Virus record (IMG/VR): IMGVR_UViG_3300031521_000018
Coordinates: 1 to 64,000 of that record
From: an uncultured virus (IMG/VR IMGVR_UViG_3300031521_000018)
Lineage: Duplodnaviria > Heunggongvirae > Uroviricota > Caudoviricetes
Reading direction: 5' to 3' (one strand)
Length of the DNA stretch: 64,000 nucleotides
Part shown: positions 21,606-31,912 of the stretch, in pieces
How positions within the stretch are numbered: the first letter of the stretch is position 1
Layout: the number at the start of each line of letters is the position of its first letter
Program-made: the position numbers and the translations under genes
The notes under the pieces: generated by a model
Told to the model about the DNA's origin: nothing
Seen by the model: only the letters and a program-made list of their open reading frames with translations
The model's database searches: none

Positions 21606-22434
21606 AGCTTACTAGGTATTTTTTGGGTTTTGTTCCACGTTCAATTTCCTCTTTTTCCAAATTTATTTCCTCTATGTATGACATATAAATGCCTCTTGAG
21701 GATTTATAAATACTTATTTTATGAGAATTAGATTTATCCAATAGTTTAATCATTATATCAAAGCAGTGAATTTCTTTTTCCTCTCTCATTACATCTACCT
21801 CACCAACAGCATATTCCCATTTATTTTCATATGATGCAATTACGAAATTACCATCAACACATTTTAATGTAAATTTGTTGAAATCACCCGTTTTATTTAG
21901 AAGATCTGTGTCCTTATCTATCGCCAACAGTTTTAAAATATTGGTTATGTCCAAGCTTGACAAATTAAACACCATAGAAGAATTTGATACCTCTGAGATA
22001 ACTGTGTCCCATATCTTCGTATTCATATACTGAATATTACTAAATTCACCAAGGGTCAATTTATTTTTTAATTTACCAGATTTAATATTCAGTATATGGG
22101 CTATGAAATTTCCATCTATATCCTCACTGTATTGTATATCTCCACCAACAAAATTATATTCGTTTGCGTTGTATAATTCAAATACTTTTGTTAATTTATT
22201 AACGTCGTTTATTGGAAAATATATATGCTTGTATTGCTCCAACCCCTCGAATATATCATTAATACCAATTTCAACGAATTTAATATAGGTTTTTATTTTT
22301 GCATGTGATTTACATACCAACCTGTCACTCTCAAAATCTATAATTTCTTTTTCCTTAATATTAGTACTAGATAAATATTCAATAAATTTCTTAACGTTTA
22401 ATTTATTAAATTTCAGGGTTTTCAGATTTTCCAT
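21589..22434 (-). CDS. Putative sliding clamp (gp45-like)
   Basis: 281 aa with a two-domain alpha/beta pattern (helix-strands repeated, FNLSSLDITNILKLL..FTLKCVDGNFVI). Size and context are consistent, but no diagnostic motif was seen. Confidence 0.45.
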   Translation of the reverse strand: MENLKTLKFNKLNVKKFIEYLSSTNIKEKEIIDFESDRLVCKSHAKIKTYIKFVEIGINDIFEGLEQYKHIYFPINDVNKLTKVFELYNANEYNFVGGDIQYSEDIDGNFIAHILNIKSGKLKNKLTLGEFSNIQYMNTKIWDTVISEVSNSSMVFNLSSLDITNILKLLAIDKDTDLLNKTGDFNKFTLKCVDGNFVIASYENKWEYAVGEVDVMREEKEIHCFDIMIKLLDKSNSHKISIYKSSRGIYMSYIEEINLEKEEIERGTKPKKYLVSCDVAK

Positions 22435-23020
22435 TTTTTTCGTTTTTTTGTATTAATTCTTTTATTAATTCTTTTTCTTTTTCCTTATTTTTATTCACAA
22501 ATACATTCAAATTTTTCCTACCGTCAGGGTATCTTGATTTCAGTTTAACCATATTGGCTTCCATAACCTCTTCGAAATTAGTACCTACTAATCTCATTAT
22601 ACCAACATAGTAAAATAAATTATCTGAAAGTTCATCAATCATTCTCCATTTCTCATATGGTGCACCGAAATATACGTTTTTCTGCAAAAGACCTAAAACC
22701 TCGTTTGATTCAATGGAATTTCCCATACACATATTAAGTAAATCAAGAATAATTTTATTACCTGATTTATTATTCATTATCTCCTGACCAACATAATTTA
22801 CATATGTTTCTATATAATCATAATCTTTTACAGATGGTAATATTTCAACAGATGCTAATGAAGTCTTGGTAATTATAAGTTCTATACCAAACAACCTTAT
22901 GACTTTAGTTTTATATATAACCAAATTGCTCCCTTTAATCTCAACAGCTAAATTCTTATTTTTACTATATTGGTTTGTGATATCAAGTAATTCTGCTGTG
23001 GTTTTGATAGTATATTTCAT
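22406..23020 (-). CDS. MazG-like nucleotide pyrophosphohydrolase
   Basis: ExxE (ESNE) and ExxD (DELSD) motifs, then FEEVMEANMVKLKSRYPDG, typical of phage MazG-like all-alpha NTP-PPases. Confidence 0.8.
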   Translation of the reverse strand: MKYTIKTTAELLDITNQYSKNKNLAVEIKGSNLVIYKTKVIRLFGIELIITKTSLASVEILPSVKDYDYIETYVNYVGQEIMNNKSGNKIILDLLNMCMGNSIESNEVLGLLQKNVYFGAPYEKWRMIDELSDNLFYYVGIMRLVGTNFEEVMEANMVKLKSRYPDGRKNLNVFVNKNKEKEKELIKELIQKNEKNGKSENPEI

Positions 23021-23064
23021 GTATAACTTTTAATTTTTATATTTATTATGAGTTTTTATTGTCA

Positions 23065-23107
23065 AACATAGATAAAGCCAAGGGTTACCCTTGGCTTTAT
23101 CTATGTT
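23065..23107. terminator. Near-perfect 43-bp palindrome, likely terminator
   Basis: AACATAGATAAAGCCAAGGGT-T-ACCCTTGGCTTTATCTATGTT, downstream of the 23122 ORF. Confidence 0.55.
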
Positions 23108-23121
23108 CAAAATTTGTGTTT

Positions 23122-23760
23122 TTACTTTAAGCTTTCTTCTATTTTGGCTGCATTTTGCTTCTGAGCATCGGCAACGTTTTTAGTAACTACTTTTGTGGGT
23201 TTTGTGGGCTTTACAACAGGTGCTTTGGTTTCCTCTGTCTTAACTGCTTCCACAACAGGTGCTTCCACAACAGGTGCTTCCACAACAGGTGCTTCCACAA
23301 CAGGTGCTTCCACAACAGGTGCTTCCACAACAGGTGCTTCCACAACAGGTGCTTCCACTTCTTCCACAACAGGTGCTTCCACAACAGGTGCTTCCACTTT
23401 TTCCTCCTCAGCAGTTGGAAATTGAACTTCCAAAACCGATATTGTTGGCATTAGTATACCTGTTTTGTTGTTAACAACATAAAATTTACATTTATCTATC
23501 GTCAATAATGTCAGAGCACCCATAAAAAATTGAGTTGTTTTAACATTGTCTTCAAATAAATGACGTAAATTCTTTACAGATTTACCGTTTAATTGCCTTA
23601 CATTAGTAAAGTTTTTTCTGACAATACTTTCTACCTCTGATAATATTTCATCAGATATGTTTTCGTCAAAATTAGGTGTAATGTACAAATCACCAACTTG
23701 TATCGATGAATTGCTAATTTTTGCACGTGACAGTACAAAATTGTTTGCTAGATTTTTCAT
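23122..23760 (-). CDS. Hypothetical late protein with an EAPVV repeat tail
   Basis: 212 aa; TATAAATA upstream; low-complexity EAPVV repeats. Confidence 0.7.
   Translation of the reverse strand: MKNLANNFVLSRAKISNSSIQVGDLYITPNFDENISDEILSEVESIVRKNFTNVRQLNGKSVKNLRHLFEDNVKTTQFFMGALTLLTIDKCKFYVVNNKTGILMPTISVLEVQFPTAEEEKVEAPVVEAPVVEEVEAPVVEAPVVEAPVVEAPVVEAPVVEAPVVEAPVVEAVKTEETKAPVVKPTKPTKVVTKNVADAQKQNAAKIEESLK
23246..23397. repeat. 15-bp coding tandem repeat (GCTTCCACAACAGGT)
   Basis: Seven exact consecutive units plus two more after a short interruption; encodes EAPVV on the minus strand. Confidence 0.95.
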
Positions 23761-23790
23761 TTTTCTAATTTTTAATTTATTTTAATTTAT

Positions 23791-25413
23791 TTATATTGGT
23801 ATCAGTCCCATGAATATTTTTCCTTTATCACAGCATGAATTAAGAAATTTTAAGAATACAAGATTTAACGGTGACATTCTATACATTGGTGGAAATGCAT
23901 CTTCCAACATTGGTGCACTTTCAGTTATGTTAGTATTAATGTCAATAACGGCTTGTGAATCACCTATATATTGAGGTAAATTAAATCCTGTTGGTACAGT
24001 TTTAGAACCTTGGCTCTCCTCTATTAGTTGCTTTCCACCCCTAAACAGTACTTCCCAAGTTGATTTTGTTTTACCATCTACTACCATTACAACAGGTGCT
24101 ATAGCCAAACCATTTATTGTTAGCCAAACTACTATGTTTGTACTTCCGATTGGTATAGTAAGCAAATGAATGTAAATTATAGGTAATTTAACGGGTGCAC
24201 CAACGGGTGTTATAAATCCTACAGTCCAATGATTTGGTAACAATGATATTAAGTTTAAATATGTAGTCCATACCATCCAATAAGTCGGTAGGAATATATT
24301 GTATTCATCTGAATTAATAGGAATATCCTTGAGATTTTCTTTATATTGAGCTTTGTTATTTGTTACCGATTCATAAAATCCTTTATTTGAACTTGTACAA
24401 GGAATAATTGATAATTCATATATTAGTTCATATTTGATTTGATCTAAATCAAACATATCAATTATAGAAAAGTATTCGGATAAGTTTTTTTGTAGTGATG
24501 TGTTAAGAGATTTATAGTACTCAATTATTTCATCATCTGTCTTTAACGTTATACTTATCCCCGAAATTAGTTTTTTATTAGTTATTTCAGAAATATTTCC
24601 ATTAAAATAAGTATTTATAATACCCGATGATAAATTATAAATTAGTGGTTGTGGTAGTAAAGGAGTATTGACAGTTTTGTATAATTCACCAAGTACACCT
24701 AATAAAATATTTTTAAATGTTAGTAACCTTGTGTATATTATAGTTTTTATATCCACAGTTCCATCACCTATATCACTATCAGACAACTTGTTTAAATCTA
24801 CAAAATATTTTATTACATGAGATATATTTGTATTTTGTGTGGTTTTATATTCCTTTTTAATAATTACAGACCTTATCATATCATCAAATATATCATGTAT
24901 GCCATAAGACCTAATTCCTGATTGTAAATGATAATTTTTAATACGTGGAATAAGGCTGTAATAATTATCAGAGTTCAAAGATAAATTAAAACATTGATGT
25001 GATTTGTTGTTTTTTTCAAGTATAGTGTTGTATATTGTTATTTCTATTAAATTTAACAATATTTTTTGTAAAGGTATTAATTGATTTTTATTCAACCTAT
25101 CTAAACTTGCCTTTGAAAGGTTTAAAGCTACAGTTTGTATAATATCTAGACAATTCTTCCTTTGTTCGTCTAAATTTACATCTTTAAGTAACGGTGAATC
25201 AGATAGTATAGAACTTATTATGTCATTTATGCCTTTTACATCTTTTACATTGTTGAATTTGGGTATTACAGGAACACACCCTTGTAATATATCAATAGGT
25301 TCACCATTTTTTGGAATCCTGCAGGTATCTAGTTCCACAACGTTTTTATCAAGGTTAACTAATTCTTGATAAAGGTCTTCGGGTAATATAGATTTTAATA
25401 ATTCGTTATCCAT
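23791..25413 (-). CDS. Hypothetical virion-associated protein with a hydrophobic C-terminal region
   Basis: 540 aa; YWMVWTTYLNLISLLP..IVVWLTINGLAIAPVV; co-transcribed with tail-type genes. Confidence 0.5.
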   Translation of the reverse strand: MDNELLKSILPEDLYQELVNLDKNVVELDTCRIPKNGEPIDILQGCVPVIPKFNNVKDVKGINDIISSILSDSPLLKDVNLDEQRKNCLDIIQTVALNLSKASLDRLNKNQLIPLQKILLNLIEITIYNTILEKNNKSHQCFNLSLNSDNYYSLIPRIKNYHLQSGIRSYGIHDIFDDMIRSVIIKKEYKTTQNTNISHVIKYFVDLNKLSDSDIGDGTVDIKTIIYTRLLTFKNILLGVLGELYKTVNTPLLPQPLIYNLSSGIINTYFNGNISEITNKKLISGISITLKTDDEIIEYYKSLNTSLQKNLSEYFSIIDMFDLDQIKYELIYELSIIPCTSSNKGFYESVTNNKAQYKENLKDIPINSDEYNIFLPTYWMVWTTYLNLISLLPNHWTVGFITPVGAPVKLPIIYIHLLTIPIGSTNIVVWLTINGLAIAPVVMVVDGKTKSTWEVLFRGGKQLIEESQGSKTVPTGFNLPQYIGDSQAVIDINTNITESAPMLEDAFPPMYRMSPLNLVFLKFLNSCCDKGKIFMGLIPI

Positions 25414-25414
25414 A

Positions 25415-25666
25415 TTAATTTATAAGGTCTGTATCTTTATCAACACATATGTTTACTCTAGATTTAATAGTCTTAACACCAACAATCATAAAATCCAAGC
25501 AGCTGTCTATAAGCTTTAATATATCTTGGAGAGTTTGATTATTACTATTTTTTATAATATTGGAAATAGAATTTTTCATTATATTACCTCTATAATCATA
25601 CCCAAGATTTTTAACATTATCTTTTCTATGTTTTAATGACTTATATATAGAATAATCTGAGTTCAT
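25415..25666 (-). CDS. Hypothetical protein
   Basis: 83 aa, tightly coupled in the operon. Confidence 0.6.
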   Translation of the reverse strand: MNSDYSIYKSLKHRKDNVKNLGYDYRGNIMKNSISNIIKNSNNQTLQDILKLIDSCLDFMIVGVKTIKSRVNICVDKDTDLIN

Positions 25667-25667
25667 A

Positions 25668-27296
25668 TTAGTTTATTTTTTGATTTGTATTTCCAATAAA
25701 CAGGGTTTCCCTTAACAATTTAATTTCATCAGTACCATCCAAGATCATGGTAAGTACTTTCTTCCTCAAATCCTCATTTTGTGCTTTCTTGGTTTCTTCC
25801 TTTAAATTTATTGCGTATAATGATTTGATACCTGAGTTTATGTTTTTAATATCAGGCATAAACTCAGAGATAGCTCCTTTTGTATTTATAACATTAGTAT
25901 TATCACTAACAATGTCGGAAGTAGGCTGTATAACATTGTTTTGATTTATTAAAAGTGATGCAAGCCTTTCATTATCGGCATTTCTTTTTAAATTACCTGT
26001 TTTGTTAGTAGAATTAGCTTCCAAATCGTCTATAAAACTATTAAGCCCATCATTTACATTTTTAGATACCTTATCAAGTTCATCACCTATTAATCTATTA
26101 ATTATATTAGATGGTGTATATTCAGATATTATTTCTTTACCAAGAGTTTCTAATTTGGAAACTCCAAAAGTTATGGTGTTTTCGACTTTACTTGTAACTT
26201 GCTTTATTAGTCCGTTTGCTGTTTTAGCCGCCTCTTCTTTTACTATATCAAGAGCCATATCAAATATACCTTTGTCAGATTGTTCTGACTTGACATTAAA
26301 CCTATTTAGTTCTGATTCCGTGTCATAATTTACATCATTAACCAATGGGTATATTTCATCATAATATTTATAAACATGAGAAAATGGATGTAAATTAGTC
26401 AAATGAAAAGACATTTTACCAAGACACATACCTATTTCGTTTTCGGGTGATTTAGGAGATTGATTACTTATATTCGACAAGTATTTATTTATATGCTCTG
26501 ATTCAAAGCTACACTTATTAAACCTAATAGCATAAGCACCTATATATTTGTTAAGCAAAAACATTGAATCTTTATCAAGTACATAATTTATATTAGTATC
26601 ATCAAGATAATTGTCACTAATTATGTTATATACAGTCTTGAATTTTCTTACCTCAGAAATATAAATTATTAAATCGAAGTACAATAAATTTATAGGAACT
26701 ACCCATTTAAGTTCTGTAAAATCATATACCGCATTTATGTAATCATGCATCATTGCCGATATAAATAGGTCTACAGATTCATATGTTTTTATTTTTAATT
26801 TCCTTTCATAATATGATCTATGCCCTTCTATTTTGTACAAATCACCCAATCCCGATAATTCTTGTAAATAATATGGATATTCCTGTACAAGAAGTTTAAA
26901 AGACTCAATAAAATTAAGTAATTTTTTGGCTCTGTCTTGTTGATTTATTGATAAAAGATATGCAAATGCCGATTCCTCCTGTTCTTCGTTAGAATCAGCA
27001 ACAGTAATATTAAACAACGGGCTTGATAAGTTTGGAATCAATTTAAATCCTAGTAAAGTAGGGTCATCTGCATATTTTAATACAACAGTGTCCTTATTTT
27101 TAATATTACTATCACCCCTAGATTTCTTGTAATTGAAACTTGAATTGAAAAATCTTTCTTTGCCATTATCAAGAAATTTATCCTGCTCATTTCTTTTCTT
27201 TTCTACATCGGTAAATAAAGAATCTACCCCAAGCAATTTATTAATAGCACCACCCGATTTGATATTCTCGTATGTTTTTGATAAATCCATTGTCAA
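25668..27296 (-). CDS. Putative tail tube-like / baseplate tube-initiator protein
   Basis: DDPTLLGF..PYYLQELSGL..KIKTYESVD..YDFTELKWVVPINLLYFDLIIYISEVR resembles tube-fold baseplate proteins; TAAATA upstream. Confidence 0.4.
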   Translation of the reverse strand: MTMDLSKTYENIKSGGAINKLLGVDSLFTDVEKKRNEQDKFLDNGKERFFNSSFNYKKSRGDSNIKNKDTVVLKYADDPTLLGFKLIPNLSSPLFNITVADSNEEQEESAFAYLLSINQQDRAKKLLNFIESFKLLVQEYPYYLQELSGLGDLYKIEGHRSYYERKLKIKTYESVDLFISAMMHDYINAVYDFTELKWVVPINLLYFDLIIYISEVRKFKTVYNIISDNYLDDTNINYVLDKDSMFLLNKYIGAYAIRFNKCSFESEHINKYLSNISNQSPKSPENEIGMCLGKMSFHLTNLHPFSHVYKYYDEIYPLVNDVNYDTESELNRFNVKSEQSDKGIFDMALDIVKEEAAKTANGLIKQVTSKVENTITFGVSKLETLGKEIISEYTPSNIINRLIGDELDKVSKNVNDGLNSFIDDLEANSTNKTGNLKRNADNERLASLLINQNNVIQPTSDIVSDNTNVINTKGAISEFMPDIKNINSGIKSLYAINLKEETKKAQNEDLRKKVLTMILDGTDEIKLLRETLFIGNTNQKIN

Positions 27297-27342
27297 TGAT
27301 TTATTTTATTTAAAGTTATGTTTTTAAATAAAATAAAAATTA

Positions 27343-27876
27343 ATGAAGCCTTTAAAATTATCTGAAAATAATGTTATTATAAAAGTAAGTTCCAAACCTG
27401 TTTTTGAGGCTATGGGTTCTGTGAAGTTAGATCAACTTATAAAGGCTATTAACACAAGGCAATATATTAGTTTTTATTATACCGATAAAACAGGTGATGG
27501 CACTAGCGGTCCAAGGTTTGGTGAACCATATGCCATAGGTTACAGAACAAATAAAAAAGGGGAAACTGTAACATATATGAGATTTTATGTTATATCAGAC
27601 ACATTAAAAGATGATTCCATAACTGATAAATTAGCTAGACACAAATCAAAATCTCAAAAATCTAAAAATCTAAAAACAGGATTTGCAAAAAAGTCGGGTT
27701 GGAGAATGTTTATAGTAGATGATAGGTACATTAAAAATTTATTTCTTACAGGCAAAAAATTTTCAATGTACCGTTCAGGTTATAATGATTCAGGCGATAA
27801 ATTTATAACAACTATAATAGCACAACAACCAAAGTCGAGTTTCCCAAAAGGTGAAAACACGGATACCAATTTTTAA
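27343..27876 (+). CDS. Stand-alone WYL-domain protein
   Basis: LIKAINTRQYISFYY..RFGEPYAIG..GWRMF is the WYL pattern; no HTH; late-type motif upstream. Confidence 0.7.
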   Translation: MKPLKLSENNVIIKVSSKPVFEAMGSVKLDQLIKAINTRQYISFYYTDKTGDGTSGPRFGEPYAIGYRTNKKGETVTYMRFYVISDTLKDDSITDKLARHKSKSQKSKNLKTGFAKKSGWRMFIVDDRYIKNLFLTGKKFSMYRSGYNDSGDKFITTIIAQQPKSSFPKGENTDTNF

Positions 27877-28355
27877 CCATTATTGATTATAATATAATCA
27901 AAGTCTGTATATTCCATAAACAGACTGTAGTCGGCAAAAAGTCTGTCATTTATATTTTCCTCAGACATTCCTCGTTTCAATAATCTTTTGTATATTATAT
28001 CTTCATCTGATTTCACCCAAATTACTGTACATTTATCTCTATCCTCTTTTGTTAGCTGCTTAAGACCATCAGGTGACATTATGAATAAGTTACATTCGTT
28101 GAAGTCCTCCCTTGATGTTCCGTAATATGCACTACCAAAATCAGAGTATTGCAGCATTTCACCATGCTCAATTTTTCTTTTAAAATCGTATTTTGACATA
28201 AATCTATAATCCTCACCATTGATTTCACCATTTCTTGGTAATCTAGAGGTACAAGATATGCCAAATTTAAAATTAAGAGTATACTGAAAGTTTTTCCTTA
28301 AGAAGTCTTTACCCGATGCACCCGCACCTATTAAAATAATTTTTTTACCAAACAT
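27873..28355 (-). CDS. gmk: Guanylate kinase
   Basis: P-loop GAGASGKD, TSRLPRNGEINGEDYRF and YYGT. Confidence 0.9.
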   Translation of the reverse strand: MFGKKIILIGAGASGKDFLRKNFQYTLNFKFGISCTSRLPRNGEINGEDYRFMSKYDFKRKIEHGEMLQYSDFGSAYYGTSREDFNECNLFIMSPDGLKQLTKEDRDKCTVIWVKSDEDIIYKRLLKRGMSEENINDRLFADYSLFMEYTDFDYIIINNG

Positions 28356-28359
28356 GACT

Positions 28360-29373
28360 TTACTGATTTATAAATGAATATTTGGAAACCGCTTCAAAAT
28401 CAGTAACAGAACCTTTGAAATTTTGGAACAACCATTTATCTTTTATATTATTTTGTATTGTTTTCAAATTGTTTTCAAAGTTTCCATTAAATATATGACC
28501 ATCAGAACATAAAAGCAATTGAATGTTGTTGCAGACAGCTTTATCGATTATTTTTTCAATATCCTCTTTATCAATTGCACTTGTTTTCAAATTTGAGTTA
28601 GGACAAAATTCAATTGGTATGCCATTAGAGGCTATAATATCAACAGCAAATTTTGAATACAACAAAAATTGTACACCATGACCTATTCTGTCAATACTTT
28701 TAATTATGTTTTTGAAATTAGTTAACGAATTTCTATCGCTCTCGTCAGGCACATCTTTAATAATTTCACCAAAATGTAAGGTTATTTTAAGACCATTTTC
28801 CTTTATAAATTTGAATGCTTCCTTATAAAATCCGTTTAAAAGGTTGGATGAATAATCTAAATGATACCCCGAAATATCTACTCCTACAATACCAAAATTT
28901 TTGAATTTAACCGCTTTTTCAAATATAATTTTTGTGAGTTCTATGGAAAATGATTGATCTGATTCAATTATCAAACCACATCGCAAGTCTTTGAATATAG
29001 CCTTTGCTTTCTGCAATCCATTACAAGCAGACATTATTATTGTATCCAAATCATATAGACCTTTTTGATTTCTCAAGGCAGGGTTTAGCTTTAATTCAAT
29101 AAGTCTATATCCATGGTTAATATATAAGTCCTCAAGAACATGATAAACAGAAAGTTCTATTGATTGCGGATAAGAACAAATTTCTTGAATCATTTTATAT
29201 CTACCTAAATATCCTGTCAAAGATTTATCCTCATTTGCACCATTAAAAATTGTATCAGAAAATTTGTCATAATCCTGATACTTTTTGATTTTTAATCCTC
29301 TATCATAAGCTATAGAAAACAATGTTTGTGGTAATGTAGAACCACCTAAATGAGTATGGAATTCAGCGTACAT
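28360..29373 (-). CDS. Adenosine/AMP deaminase-family metallohydrolase
   Basis: EFHTHLGGS, GVDISG, TLHFGE, RIGHG, EFCPNSN and SDG (canonical SDD/TDD). Confidence 0.9.
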   Translation of the reverse strand: MYAEFHTHLGGSTLPQTLFSIAYDRGLKIKKYQDYDKFSDTIFNGANEDKSLTGYLGRYKMIQEICSYPQSIELSVYHVLEDLYINHGYRLIELKLNPALRNQKGLYDLDTIIMSACNGLQKAKAIFKDLRCGLIIESDQSFSIELTKIIFEKAVKFKNFGIVGVDISGYHLDYSSNLLNGFYKEAFKFIKENGLKITLHFGEIIKDVPDESDRNSLTNFKNIIKSIDRIGHGVQFLLYSKFAVDIIASNGIPIEFCPNSNLKTSAIDKEDIEKIIDKAVCNNIQLLLCSDGHIFNGNFENNLKTIQNNIKDKWLFQNFKGSVTDFEAVSKYSFINQ

Positions 29374-29375
29374 AT

Positions 29376-29642
29376 TTATACAAGTTTATTTTTAACCACG
29401 ATATTTTCGAAATCATGATTTGATTCTTTAATTAAATTATCAATATCATGCAATTTAATATCTTTAGTTGTTTTGCCTTTAATAAAGTCAGATATCTTTT
29501 CAATAAGCATTGCATCTTTCATATCTACAGAAACACCAATAGTTCTGTATGCCAACACAAGTGCAGTATAATGACCTATTTGAAATTCAGTGCTTTCAGT
29601 GCTTTCAGTTTTGTTTTCTATATCCATGTCCATGTTTTTCAT
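29376..29642 (-). CDS. Hypothetical protein
   Basis: 88 aa; heads the deaminase-kinase operon. Confidence 0.6.
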   Translation of the reverse strand: MKNMDMDIENKTESTESTEFQIGHYTALVLAYRTIGVSVDMKDAMLIEKISDFIKGKTTKDIKLHDIDNLIKESNHDFENIVVKNKLV

Positions 29643-29723
29643 TATTTTATATTATCTGATTTTATATTATCAGCTTTATAAAATAATCAAATGTTTTATA
29701 AATAACTAAAAATAGTATTAAAT

Positions 29724-31514
29724 ATGTCAAGTGCTTCAACAGATTTTAATAGCTTATCGAGTCCATCAGCCTCAATGAACCTTGGTAAATCACCTATCGT
29801 TGGTGGTATACCTCAGAAAAAATCATATGTTAATGATTCATTCAAAGGTTTAAAACGTGAATCAAAAGACCCCGTTAATAAACCAAAAGCATCATTGGTT
29901 AAGGGAAATGGTATGAGGATGTATACATCAGAAGGAAAAGCCGATAAAAGTTATACTGTAGGTCAAAATGTGAAGGGGGTAAATTCTTTATTCAATAATT
30001 ATATTTTGTTCACACATTCTTTTTGTAATGGAATAAATGATTTCTATGACAAACAGGGTGAAAATGGTGTGTTTGGACATGTAGAGGATAAACCTGAATT
30101 AACTATAGGAAATTTGTTAGCTGATTTTACACCCGACAAATCGCCATCAATGCCATATTTTGCCAATGATTTTTTATATGCAAAATACTATGATAAAATA
30201 CCTCTTAATAGGTTATTAACATTAAGAAGGTTTGCTTATCCTGTATATGATAATTTACAGTTTTCAAATACAAATCGTAATGATATAAAGCCAATAGCTC
30301 AAGCAATTACGTATTTTGGTGACCCAACAGATAATAAATTATCTTCTTTATTTTCCATAACAGGAAGTATCTCTTGGAAAAATGTATCATCTCAGATATG
30401 GGATGAAGCAAATCAAAACATACCAACACTTGAATCTCAAAAAAATGCTGTAACAGGGTTTGTTCCAACTCTTGGTGGTAGGCTTAGTGGAATAAATCTT
30501 AAGGGTTATGTTGGTCAGGGAATGGATATGGCATCAAGGGCATCTACTTTTACAGGAGATTCTCAAACATCCGATTTGTCAGGTGCTAGCAATTCAAGAA
30601 TAGATGCAATAAAGGCATCTAGAGATTTTTCATATATTCACAAGGTACTAGGTCCAATAAATGTGATAAAGGATACAATGACTAGAGAATCAGGAATTGG
30701 TGCTGATTTATCTTTCAGATTAAAATTTGAATATGAATTAAAATCATATAAAAATATAAATCCAAAGTTAGCAATGCTTGACCTTATTGGTAACATGTTA
30801 GCACTTACATTTTATCACGCTAAATGGTGGGGTGGTGCTAACAGGTTTACACCTCGTGTTATGGAGCAATTTGGGTTTTTGGGTGATTATCATAAGCTTT
30901 ATTCGGGTGATTATGGCGGATTCTTTAAATCTGTAGCGGGAAATATAGGAAGTGTTATGGGGAAAACAGGAAACGCACTTTCGGGGTTGTGGCAAAGTAT
31001 GATGTCAGGGAATTTTCAATCATTATTTTCTAATTTATTAGGTGGTGGGAAAATTGGTGGAGATAAAATGCTTGATATGGCAACTAAAAAATCAAGACCA
31101 AATATTGTTGCTATACATTCACTTGTATCGGGTGCACCTGTTGGTGAATATCACCTAGTTGTTGGCAATCCCTATAATCCAATTTATACAATAGGAAATT
31201 TAATTTGTGATTCTTTTACAGTTACGCCTAGCGATGAACTTGGATTTGATGATTTCCCAACTAAATGGACTTTGGAAATTAGTTTGAAAAGAGCTAGAAA
31301 AATGGATAGTGGTGATATTCAGGCTATATTAAATGCGGGTCAGGGTAGGACATATTTACCACTTTCGGGGATGTTAGACGAGATAATTGGTGATGATGAT
31401 AAGCTAAAAACTAATTCAGAGGGAACTGCTGTTGAATTCCAAAATGGAGATGTCAAGAATGGTCTGAGCATAAACGCAACAGATGCACAGGGTGCGGGTG
31501 GTGTTGTTTATTAA
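29724..31514 (+). CDS. Putative baseplate tail-tube cap/junction protein (gp48/gp54-like)
   Basis: DFLYAKYYDKIPLNRLLTLRRFAYPV, LKFEYELKS and GEYHLVVGNPYNPI..DELGFDDFPT; exact TATAAATA upstream. Confidence 0.45.
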   Translation: MSSASTDFNSLSSPSASMNLGKSPIVGGIPQKKSYVNDSFKGLKRESKDPVNKPKASLVKGNGMRMYTSEGKADKSYTVGQNVKGVNSLFNNYILFTHSFCNGINDFYDKQGENGVFGHVEDKPELTIGNLLADFTPDKSPSMPYFANDFLYAKYYDKIPLNRLLTLRRFAYPVYDNLQFSNTNRNDIKPIAQAITYFGDPTDNKLSSLFSITGSISWKNVSSQIWDEANQNIPTLESQKNAVTGFVPTLGGRLSGINLKGYVGQGMDMASRASTFTGDSQTSDLSGASNSRIDAIKASRDFSYIHKVLGPINVIKDTMTRESGIGADLSFRLKFEYELKSYKNINPKLAMLDLIGNMLALTFYHAKWWGGANRFTPRVMEQFGFLGDYHKLYSGDYGGFFKSVAGNIGSVMGKTGNALSGLWQSMMSGNFQSLFSNLLGGGKIGGDKMLDMATKKSRPNIVAIHSLVSGAPVGEYHLVVGNPYNPIYTIGNLICDSFTVTPSDELGFDDFPTKWTLEISLKRARKMDSGDIQAILNAGQGRTYLPLSGMLDEIIGDDDKLKTNSEGTAVEFQNGDVKNGLSINATDAQGAGGVVY

Positions 31515-31553
31515 TTTTTGTAACAATATTAAATAATCAAAAGCATACTAAAT

Positions 31554-31838
31554 ATGAAAAGATTAAAGGTGTTTGAATCACAAGATCAAAAACTTAATAT
31601 GGTTGATACATTAAGAGGTGGGGAAGGTGATAATACTGATGATTCAACATTTGACCAAGAGGAATTACAAGTTGGATGTTTGGTTGAGGTTGAACATACT
31701 AATAACCCATCAATAGCAAAGGAAATTGCAACAGATCATTTATCACGTGTAAATAATTATTATCATAAATTAATGGCTGCGGGATTGGTTGATGAAAAAG
31801 ATGCTTTGGATTTGGCTAAATCATTTGGATGGAATTAA
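31554..31838 (+). CDS. DUF5661-like small head-associated protein
   Basis: QEELQVGCLVEVEHT..AKEIATDHL..YYHKL; N-terminal KVFES is a protease-like site. Confidence 0.55.
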   Translation: MKRLKVFESQDQKLNMVDTLRGGEGDNTDDSTFDQEELQVGCLVEVEHTNNPSIAKEIATDHLSRVNNYYHKLMAAGLVDEKDALDLAKSFGWN

Positions 31839-31912
31839 AATCAAAGTTAAAATTATTAAAAATAAAAAATTAAAAATATTAAGGATTATAAAAATATTAT
31901 ATAAATAAGTTC

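Noticed and set aside
23246..23397. Possible CRISPR array (also 33901-33981)
   Set aside because: Contiguous in-frame tandem repeats with no unique spacers and no cas genes.
23155..23474. Three + strand ORFs with CFHNR, ASTTG and VLPQQ repeats
   Set aside because: These are antisense shadows of the stop-free 15-bp EAPVV repeat.
28360..29373. RADAR defence system (RdrB)
   Set aside because: No adjacent RdrA AAA+ ATPase, and the protein is only single-domain Add size.
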